Source of the DNA: a candidate division WOR-3 bacterium
GTDB lineage: Bacteria; Hydrothermota; Tepidihabitantia; Tepidihabitantales; Tepidihabitantaceae
Direction: 5' to 3'
Length of the DNA stretch: 15,339 nucleotides
Assembly: GCA_965648935.1 (NCBI GenBank)
Contig: CBFGIY010000058.1
Location: 1-15,339 of the forward strand
Shown: piece by piece, positions 5,716 to 12,812 of the stretch
Layout: the number at the start of each line of letters is the position of its first letter
Position numbering within the stretch: the first letter of the stretch is position 1
Position numbers and translations under genes: made by a program
The notes under the pieces: generated by a model
Databases searched by the model: none
What the model saw: only the letters and a program-made list of their open reading frames with translations
What the model was told of the DNA's origin: nothing

Positions 5716-8658
5716 CTAGTGAACGAACACGAACTTGCCGACCGCCTCACCGACCGCCGACTCGACGTGGTAGACGTAAACTCCCGACGCCACGAGCTGG
5801 CCCGAGGTCCGCGCCGAACCGGAGTCGTTGGTGAAGTCCCAGGTGGCGGTGCCGCCGTCCTTCAGCTCCTGGCCGCCCTCGGGTGTCGCCTTGTGCTGGA
5901 TCGTCTTGACCAGGTCGCCAGATGTCGTGTAGATGCGGATCACGCACTCGGCCGGCAGGTGCGTGAATCGCACCACCCGCTCATCCGAGCGCTTCTCCCA
6001 GGAGTTGAATACGATGTAGGGATTGGGCACGACTTTGACGTTGAGCGTGTACTTCTTGCTCGTATCATCCACGCCCGGCACCGAGGTCACCGTGTAGCGG
6101 TTGAGGTACGCGGCCGTGTACTCGGCCGTGCGGCCCTTGAGCAGCCAGACGTCGCCCGGCTGGATATCATTGACGAGCACGCCGACCGAGTCGCCGCGGC
6201 CGGTCACCGGGTTGAAGTTCAGCGTGACATAGCCGCCGCCGATGTAGAGCGAGTACATCCCTGGCTTGAGCGTGTCGGTCGGGTTGCGGCCGGCAAGGTT
6301 CACGAAGCACCAGCCGTCCGCGTTCGCGCGGCTCGACGACAGCCCGTCAAACCGCGTGAACGGCACCCAGGCCGTGTCGCCCTCCAGGGTATGCGTCGCA
6401 TCCCAGACTTTGCAGGTCAGGTAACCGGACGAGTTGTCCCAGCGCACGCGGTAGTCGGCCCCGCGGAACGCCCACGCGCCCTGCGGCGCGCTGCCGCCCC
6501 CGCGCGGTTTGTCCGGCGGGTAGCTGCCGCTTTCGACATAGACCGTATCGACTCCCTTGGTCGGCGCAAGCTGGTAGAACGACAGCTTCATCGACTGTCC
6601 GTTGAACACCGGCAGGTACCGGGTCATCTTCGTGCCGAGTGTGTAAAGGAAGGCGCCCGAGTCGACTATCGTTCCCTTGGTCACGTTCAGCATCCAGTAC
6701 TTGTTGATGCCGGTATTGGGCCCGCCGCCGAATGTCGGCTTGTCGAACCTGAGCTGGTACTCGTCGGCCGTGACCTTGAACGGCGCCACGACATAGACCG
6801 AGCACTTGAGCCCCGGCTTCTCGACGTCGCCCAGCAGTGTCTGGATTGACGTGGTCGGCTCGATGTAGTTGGCCGGTTCCCAGCGCGGTGTCGTCGTGAA
6901 GTTCGACACCAGACCCGAACGCAGTATCAGCGTGTCCCACGCGATCGGGGTACCCGATGAATCACGCTGAGTCGTGACGTAGTTCCAGTCGTAGGCGGTC
7001 ACGCAGTAGTAGTAGGTGAAGCCGTTGACAACATTCGGATCGTCCAGCGAGTAGAAGGTCCCGGTGTTGCGCATCTTGATCCACAGGCTATCGGGCAGGG
7101 TCGAGTCGTTGCCCGGCGGGAACGCAAGCAGAGTGTCCGGCGACGGAATGGTATCGGCGAGGTCGCACTGGGCGAGTATCCGCCAGTCCACCCCGTTTCT
7201 CGACTTGTAGACGATGTAGCCCTGGAAGTCGTAGCCGCGGTACTTCGGGTCGTAGTTCGGGTTGCCCGGGTCGCCCACGACGCGCGCCCAGTACGGGTCC
7301 GGCGTCTTCTCCGGCAGGTTGTCCCAGACGATGCGAACCTTGTTGTCGCCCGGCACGAGCGTCAGGTTCGGCGCGAGCGGCGGGCCGGGCAGCAGCCAGC
7401 CCTGGTCGTAGATGAACTGCGCCGTGTTCGCGACGCGGCCGAGGTAGATGAGCGAGTCGCGGCCGCGGTCGGCCCACGGCTGGTTTGGTCCGCCGTATGG
7501 CGCGGCGATGCCGGCCACGACCAGCCGGGCCACCTCGCCCGGCGCCAGGTCAAACGGTCCCGAGCACTGGATGAACCGCTTGTCCGCCGGCGCCACGTCC
7601 TGCGAGTCGTAGGGCGCGAATACGCCGGTGCGGTAGTCGTAGCCCGCCATCGTCAGGTACTGGGCCGGGTCGGTCACCGGGTCGATATCGATGGTGAACT
7701 TCTTGAACGCGGTCATGCCCAGCTGCTGGCCGTCCGGCCGCCTGGGCGACTCGAGGAACTTGTATGCGAAAACGCCCGGCGTGCCCGACTCCCAGGTCGA
7801 GCCCGGAGCTTCGTAGTTGTCGTTGTCGCCCGCGTAGCCGACGTTCTCGACCAGGCCGACGCCATAGATCTGCTCGGAGCTTATCAGTCCGACCATATCG
7901 TCCGGCGCATCGCCGACATCCGGATCCATAACCGCGCCGGCGTAGCACCGCTTGAGTGTGTCCGTGCCCGAGTTGCGGATCTGGTAGATGATGAAGAAGA
8001 TGTCCTGGTTCGTCGGGTAGTTCCACGCGTAGATGGTCTGGTAGATGTCGATGCCCTGTGGCTTGCCCGGCGAGATGTGATTCTCGGGCGCTGCATCGGA
8101 GTAGCAGCACCACAGGTCCTGCAGCGAGAAGTTCTCGTACGGGATGAGGGCGCTGTCCTGCGACGGGTTGCCGGTGCCCCAGCGCTCCCGCAGCTCGACC
8201 GGTGGCGGGAAGTTGTCCGGGTACTTGTAGATACGGTCCTCGGGCGCACCGGCCCCGCCTTCGACGTTCTTGGTCAGCACCGGCGTCATCTCGGTACCGC
8301 CCGAGTTCGGGTTGTAGCCGAACGACACCAGCGTGTCCACCTTCTCGGTGCCATCGTGGCGCGGCTTGAGCGAACCGAACCACATCCCGGCCCCGAAGAC
8401 GTACATGTTCTTGTACGGCTGGGGCCAGCTGCCGCCGGCCACGCCCGACCCGACCGTGATGTCGATGCCGTAGCGGCCGTCGTTGTAGAACGGGCAGCGC
8501 CACTTGTTGATGGTCAGCCACTGCATGTCGTAGATGCGCTGGCCCCGCGGTGGCGGTGTCGCGGAGCGGGCCTCAAGCGCCGCGCCCAGGCCAAGGGCCA
8601 GCAGGAGGGCGAGCGCAATGCCAAGTCGCGCGTTCTTGTATTCAGCTCTGTGCGTCAC
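5716..8658 (-). CDS. Large secreted protein (~980 aa): uncharacterised N-terminal beta-rich domain, fibronectin type III-like domain, C-terminal T9SS type A sorting-like domain
   Basis: GTG at 8658 with RBS AGGAGGA (8662-8668) and a hydrophobic signal peptide. Motifs GGSWP..YVFGAGMWFG, YAWNY...DIFFIIYQIRNSG, MDPDVGDAPDD and SGPFDLAPGE. FN3-like PPLAPNLTLVPGDNKVRIVWD...DFQGYIVYKS...VNGFTYYYCVTAYD. CTD VKVVPNPY...RFTHLPAECVIRIYTTSGDLVKTI...WD...VASGVYVYHV. Confidence 0.85.
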   Translation of the reverse strand: MTHRAEYKNARLGIALALLLALGLGAALEARSATPPPRGQRIYDMQWLTINKWRCPFYNDGRYGIDITVGSGVAGGSWPQPYKNMYVFGAGMWFGSLKPRHDGTEKVDTLVSFGYNPNSGGTEMTPVLTKNVEGGAGAPEDRIYKYPDNFPPPVELRERWGTGNPSQDSALIPYENFSLQDLWCCYSDAAPENHISPGKPQGIDIYQTIYAWNYPTNQDIFFIIYQIRNSGTDTLKRCYAGAVMDPDVGDAPDDMVGLISSEQIYGVGLVENVGYAGDNDNYEAPGSTWESGTPGVFAYKFLESPRRPDGQQLGMTAFKKFTIDIDPVTDPAQYLTMAGYDYRTGVFAPYDSQDVAPADKRFIQCSGPFDLAPGEVARLVVAGIAAPYGGPNQPWADRGRDSLIYLGRVANTAQFIYDQGWLLPGPPLAPNLTLVPGDNKVRIVWDNLPEKTPDPYWARVVGDPGNPNYDPKYRGYDFQGYIVYKSRNGVDWRILAQCDLADTIPSPDTLLAFPPGNDSTLPDSLWIKMRNTGTFYSLDDPNVVNGFTYYYCVTAYDWNYVTTQRDSSGTPIAWDTLILRSGLVSNFTTTPRWEPANYIEPTTSIQTLLGDVEKPGLKCSVYVVAPFKVTADEYQLRFDKPTFGGGPNTGINKYWMLNVTKGTIVDSGAFLYTLGTKMTRYLPVFNGQSMKLSFYQLAPTKGVDTVYVESGSYPPDKPRGGGSAPQGAWAFRGADYRVRWDNSSGYLTCKVWDATHTLEGDTAWVPFTRFDGLSSSRANADGWCFVNLAGRNPTDTLKPGMYSLYIGGGYVTLNFNPVTGRGDSVGVLVNDIQPGDVWLLKGRTAEYTAAYLNRYTVTSVPGVDDTSKKYTLNVKVVPNPYIVFNSWEKRSDERVVRFTHLPAECVIRIYTTSGDLVKTIQHKATPEGGQELKDGGTATWDFTNDSGSARTSGQLVASGVYVYHVESAVGEAVGKFVFVH

Positions 8659-8668
8659 GCTTCCTCCT

Positions 8669-11509
8669 CTAGAACCCAAGGCTCAGGCCCAGCCTGATCT
8701 TGCGCGGCGGGCCGTAGTAGGTCGCCGGGTTGGTCTGGTCGGCATAGGCCCGCAGGTACGACTCGTACATCTCGGAACGGGTCAGGTAGCCGTCGTGGTT
8801 GTAGTCGCGCGCCGGGTGATAGGCATAGTCGCCGTCGCCATAGGCGATGCCCGGCGAGAATTCGAACGGCGTGATGACACGGCCGGTGAAGTCGGGCAGG
8901 CCGGTCGTGGTATGGACGTTGTTGATCGTCAGCGTGTTGAGCACGTTGGAGATGTCGAGGTTAAGCGAGAGCCCGAGCCCGCCGAGGCGGAAGTCCTTGC
9001 TCACGCGTGCGTTGAGCATGTATTTGTCGGGCAGGCGCGCCGAATTCTGCAGGCCAATCTGGTTGCCGCGCTGGTCGGTCGGAGTGTAGGGCGTGCCCGT
9101 ACCGTACGAGAACACGCCGGAGACTTCGAAGTCGCGCATCGGCGTGAAGGCGAAGTCCGACGGGAAGGCAAAGGTGAGGTTGGCGTTGACCGCGTGGCGC
9201 TGGTCCTGGTCCAGGTAGTAGTCCTGCTGCAGCGGCTTCTCGCGCTGGTACTGGGCCGTGGCGGTCGAGGCCGTGCCTTTGGCTATCTGGAACGTGTAAC
9301 CGAGCTGGGCCGTCCAGTAGCTGTCCAGCACCTTGACCATCGTCGCCTCGAAACCCTGAATTCGCGCGAACTCGACGTTGTAGTACATCGTGTAGGGCTG
9401 GGGCAGTGCCGCGACGGTCCGCACGCCGGACAGGTCGAACACGTCCTTGAAGAACGCGGTCACGTCGAACTGGAACAGGTCCGAGAGCTGCGCGTCAAAC
9501 CCGAGTTCGTAGGCGATTGTCTTTTCGGCATCCATATCGGCGTTGCCGACGATGAGATTGCCGCGCGAGCGCAGTTCGGCCGCGGTGCGGTCGGCGTAGG
9601 AGTAGAGGTCGGAGAGCGACGGGTTCTTGTAGAAGTGGCCGTAGGAGAAACGGAACTTGATGCGCTCGGTGATGGGGTAGGAAAGCCCCAGGCGCGGCGC
9701 GAAGTTGATCTTGGGCTCTGCCGGCAGCAGCGAATCGGATATCTCCGGCGCCGAGCCGAGCGACTCGGGGAAGGCCCGCACTTTCGCCTTGGAGTCGAGG
9801 TAATCCATGCGCAGGCCGGCGCGCACGACCAGGTCCTCGAAGTCGGCGCGGTCCTGCACGTAGGCCGACACCACCAGCGGCTTGTACTGGTAGGCATCCC
9901 AGAACGGGTTGCCGTCCCAGGGCAGCGAGTTCTCGTACATCCGCAGGTCGTACTGGGTGATGCTCAACCCGGTCTTGAGTTCGTGGATCTTGGAGATGGT
10001 CCGGGTGATGTCGAACTTGCCCAGCAGGTGGTTGGTCTCGCGGTAGTGCCACGAGCGGTTGTCACCCTCGCCCACGAACAGGCCGGGCACGCCGTAGGGG
10101 TTGTTGGTCGTGTTGTAAGGCGTCACGAAGTTGCGGCCGATGGGCCACGCATACACCGTGTCGCCGTTGATCAGCGAGTATGAGCGGTAGAGCTGGAGCA
10201 CGGCGTCGCGCCGGCTCAGGCCCTCGTAGTTATCAAACACCCACTCCTCGCCGCGGAAGTGGTAACGGTCCCAGATGCCGGCCGAGCGCAACGCGCCCCA
10301 GAAGCCGGTCGTGTCCGCGGCTTCCATGTAGAAGTCGCGCACCGCGCGCATCAGCGAGGTATTGAACATGCCCAGCTTGAGCTCGTACACCGTGGTCGGC
10401 GACAGCAGGTGGTTGATCGTGAAGTTGGCCTTGGTCGAACGCACGCGGTTGGCGTACAGACCGCGCAGCCAGTACTTCCACGAGTTGGACCAGCTCTGCC
10501 ACTGGTAGTTGGAGTGGTGGCCGTCGAGTGTGAACTTGAGCCCTTCGGCCGTGAGCGCGAAGCTCTTGGGCATCTGCAGGGTCAGCTTGCCCTCGGCCGC
10601 GTACTCGCCGCGCGGCGCGTTGACCTTCCAGCGGACGTTGGCGTTGTCGTCGGTGCGGAAGAACTCCGTCGACAGGAAGTAGCGCAGACGGTTCACCAGC
10701 GGCCCGCCAATCGAGAAAGTCAGCCGGTTGTAGCCGAAGTTGTAGCCGGTCTGCTCCGGGAAAATCTCGTCGGTCGTGTAGCCGAGCCGGCCCGAGGTGC
10801 GGGCGCCGCCCTCCTTGGTGACCGCCTTGATGATGCCCGACATCGCCGAGCCGTACTCGGCGTCGAACCCGCCGGTGATGACGACAACCGACTGGATCGC
10901 GTCGGTTGTCGGCTTGGGACTGGACCAGAGCGTGCCGACCAGCGCGTCCTGGGCGTTGACGCCGTCGACGAGGTATGAAACGTCGTCGTAGCGGCCGCCG
11001 CGGATGTGGGTCCAGCCGCCGCTGGCCGACTGCGTCACGCCCGCCTGCATCCCGACCAGCTCGCCGAGGCTGGTCACGGGCAGGCGCTTGAACTCCTCGT
11101 CGGTGATGACGCGCTCGACGTTGACCGTCCGGGTGTTGACCAGCTCGCGCTTCTGGGCGACGACGTCGATGGTCTTGCCGATGTCGATGACGACCGACGC
11201 CAGTTTGAAGTCGACCGTGACGGTCTGGTCCTGGACGACCAGCACGCCGGTCACCTGCGCGTCGTTGTAGCCCATGAAGCTCGCGGTCAGCGTGTATCTG
11301 CCGGGCGGCACGTTGATTATCAGGTAGCGGCCGTTGGCGTCGGTCGCGGCGCCCAGCTCGGTGCCGTCGACCATCACGCTCGCGCCGGGGAGTTCCTCGC
11401 CCGTGCGCCGGTCCGTGACCTTGCCGGCGATACTACCCGTGTTGGCTGCGAACGTGACCGCCGCGGCCGCCAGCAGGGTCAGGAGAATGCGGGAAATCGA
11501 ATGGTTCAT
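8669..11509 (-). CDS. TonB-dependent receptor with N-terminal carboxypeptidase-regulatory-like domain (946 aa)
   Basis: ATG 11509 with RBS AGGAGG (11516-11521) and signal peptide. N-domain TGSIAGKVTDRRTGEELPGASV..GAATDANGRY.I.NVPPGRYTLTASFMGY. TonB-box-like KTIDVVAQ. Plug motifs HIRGGRYDDVSYLVDGV and DAIQSVVVITGGFDAEYGSAMSGII. Barrel motifs FAPRLGLSYPI, FRFSYGHFY and AEKTIAYELG. C-terminal PRKIRLGLSLGF. Confidence 0.93.
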   Translation of the reverse strand: MNHSISRILLTLLAAAAVTFAANTGSIAGKVTDRRTGEELPGASVMVDGTELGAATDANGRYLIINVPPGRYTLTASFMGYNDAQVTGVLVVQDQTVTVDFKLASVVIDIGKTIDVVAQKRELVNTRTVNVERVITDEEFKRLPVTSLGELVGMQAGVTQSASGGWTHIRGGRYDDVSYLVDGVNAQDALVGTLWSSPKPTTDAIQSVVVITGGFDAEYGSAMSGIIKAVTKEGGARTSGRLGYTTDEIFPEQTGYNFGYNRLTFSIGGPLVNRLRYFLSTEFFRTDDNANVRWKVNAPRGEYAAEGKLTLQMPKSFALTAEGLKFTLDGHHSNYQWQSWSNSWKYWLRGLYANRVRSTKANFTINHLLSPTTVYELKLGMFNTSLMRAVRDFYMEAADTTGFWGALRSAGIWDRYHFRGEEWVFDNYEGLSRRDAVLQLYRSYSLINGDTVYAWPIGRNFVTPYNTTNNPYGVPGLFVGEGDNRSWHYRETNHLLGKFDITRTISKIHELKTGLSITQYDLRMYENSLPWDGNPFWDAYQYKPLVVSAYVQDRADFEDLVVRAGLRMDYLDSKAKVRAFPESLGSAPEISDSLLPAEPKINFAPRLGLSYPITERIKFRFSYGHFYKNPSLSDLYSYADRTAAELRSRGNLIVGNADMDAEKTIAYELGFDAQLSDLFQFDVTAFFKDVFDLSGVRTVAALPQPYTMYYNVEFARIQGFEATMVKVLDSYWTAQLGYTFQIAKGTASTATAQYQREKPLQQDYYLDQDQRHAVNANLTFAFPSDFAFTPMRDFEVSGVFSYGTGTPYTPTDQRGNQIGLQNSARLPDKYMLNARVSKDFRLGGLGLSLNLDISNVLNTLTINNVHTTTGLPDFTGRVITPFEFSPGIAYGDGDYAYHPARDYNHDGYLTRSEMYESYLRAYADQTNPATYYGPPRKIRLGLSLGF

Positions 11510-11519
11510 CGCCAGCCTC

Positions 11520-12572
11520 CTATTCAATCACCCTGAAGGGTATTATCCAAGCCGCGGCAGCGTACTTGCCCGCCGTCTCCCAGAAGACCTGGGCCGGGAT
11601 GTGCTCGACGTGCAGCCGGTTGATGCCCAGGGGGACGTTCTCGTCCAGCGGGATGCGCGCGTTGCCGGCGTAGCGCTGGTTATTGAGATAGAGGTAGGTT
11701 GCCGCGTCGCCGTTGTTGGTGCGCAGCCGGGTCATCCGCAGCGTGTCGCCGCGCCGGTAGGTCGGAAGCTGGCTGTCGGGGTCGTAGAACCGCTGGATTC
11801 CGAAGCGCAGCGTGTCCGGCCGCAGGTAGACCGTGTCGATGCGCGAGCCCGCCGCCAGCACGACGTCGAAGAAGTAGGGCGCGTCGTCCGGCCCGGGCGC
11901 CCAGAAACGGTGGCCGCCCGACATCTTCCAGATGCTCCAGGCGCCGTTCTGCTTCTTGAGCACGATGCCGCCGGTCGCATTGCCGAGCTGGGTATCCCGC
12001 TCGCTCGCCGCGGCGAATTTCTCGATGATGTAGTCCGCGGTGTCGGCGAACACGGTGTCGTAGCGGTTCAGCAGCAGCGTCTCTGAGGGATTGGGGAAGA
12101 AAGTGTCCTGCTTGACGAAACGCGTGTAGCGGTACACGTTCAACCGGAGCTTGCCCGGTATCGTCTCCATGAAGGTGACGGTGCAGGTCGTCTCCATCTT
12201 GGCCGTGTCCAGCGTCGCGATGAACTTGTAGTTAAGCTTGTACTCGGGGTTGCTCACCCAGTGCTCCATCGCGTTGGCGCGGAACCGCTGCTTGTACGGA
12301 TTCGAGCGCAGCTCCTTGGCCAGGATGACGCGCGTCGAACCGGGCAGCTGGGTGTCCATCATCGCCAGCGACAGCTCGGCCAGGCCGGTGCGGAAGAACG
12401 CCGCGTTCTGCTCCACGATGGCCTTGATCGCGGCGGTGTCTTCGCTGTTCGGCTCCCAGAAAGGAGCGGGCGGAGTGCGCCCGCAGCCCGCGAAGAGCGC
12501 GGCCAGCGCCGTGGCCAGCACCAGCGGCGCAGCCAGGCGCAACCGCGCGCTCCTATTACTGCACAGACTCAT
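11520..12572 (-). CDS. Putative lipoprotein of unknown function (350 aa), first gene of the TBDR operon
   Basis: Strong RBS AAAGGAGG (12578-12585). Basic N-region, hydrophobic core and lipobox LFAG|C. Its TAG stop overlaps the RBS of the TBDR. No SusD/TPR signature was recognisable. Confidence 0.8.
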   Translation of the reverse strand: MSLCSNRSARLRLAAPLVLATALAALFAGCGRTPPAPFWEPNSEDTAAIKAIVEQNAAFFRTGLAELSLAMMDTQLPGSTRVILAKELRSNPYKQRFRANAMEHWVSNPEYKLNYKFIATLDTAKMETTCTVTFMETIPGKLRLNVYRYTRFVKQDTFFPNPSETLLLNRYDTVFADTADYIIEKFAAASERDTQLGNATGGIVLKKQNGAWSIWKMSGGHRFWAPGPDDAPYFFDVVLAAGSRIDTVYLRPDTLRFGIQRFYDPDSQLPTYRRGDTLRMTRLRTNNGDAATYLYLNNQRYAGNARIPLDENVPLGINRLHVEHIPAQVFWETAGKYAAAAWIIPFRVIE

Positions 12573-12709
12573 TACAGCCTCCTTTAGCTATCAACGAGCC
12601 GGAAGAAAGCCAGGCCCCGACACGCGCGCGGCCGGACCGCCGCCGCGTCGTCGTCGCGTTGCCCGCACGAAAGGTGCCGCCGCATCGTGCGACGGCATCC
12701 CTCACCTCT

Positions 12710-12737
12710 AATCTATGTCCCCTGCGGCCACTGTCAA
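12710..12737 (-). promoter_or_regulatory. Sigma70-type promoter of the lipoprotein-TBDR operon: TTGACA-N16-TAGATT
   Basis: Perfect -35 at 12732-12737 and TAnnnT -10 at 12710-12715, just downstream of the kbl 3' hairpin. Confidence 0.7.
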
Positions 12738-12767
12738 GCTTAGTGAAGTGTGCGGTCGGAAAGCGCG

Positions 12768-12797
12768 TCCGGGGCGCGGGATCACCCGCGCCCCGGA
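12768..12797 (-). terminator. GC-rich 13-bp hairpin after kbl (terminator or 3' stabilising stem)
   Basis: TCCGGGGCGCGGG-ATCA-CCCGCGCCCCGGA is a perfect stem 15 nt after the kbl stop. The U-tract is poor (cgcgctttcc). Confidence 0.6.
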
Positions 12798-12812
12798 AGA
12801 GTCGCACCGGGC

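Noticed and set aside
5701..5718. 980-aa protein and PorV-like gene are in frame across a single TAG (possible amber read-through or pyrrolysine fusion)
   Set aside because: This has a one-in-three chance. PorV has its own RBS and signal peptide, the CTD must be C-terminal to function, and the other TAG junctions are out of frame.
4657..8679. Two track ORFs both begin MGSR, from a repeated TTGGGTTCTAGA at 4656-4667 and 8668-8679
   Set aside because: It reflects both beta-barrel genes ending in Gly-Phe-TAG (the BAM beta-signal). These TTG starts are artefacts, not a repeat element.
12600..12670. Faint resemblance of the TBDR-operon leader to a c-di-GMP-I or cobalamin riboswitch
   Set aside because: It lacks the GCAAAC, GNRA tetraloop and GCAAAGC elements of c-di-GMP-I, and the GGGAA / GCCCCCGCAACTGT / B12-box elements of cobalamin switches.
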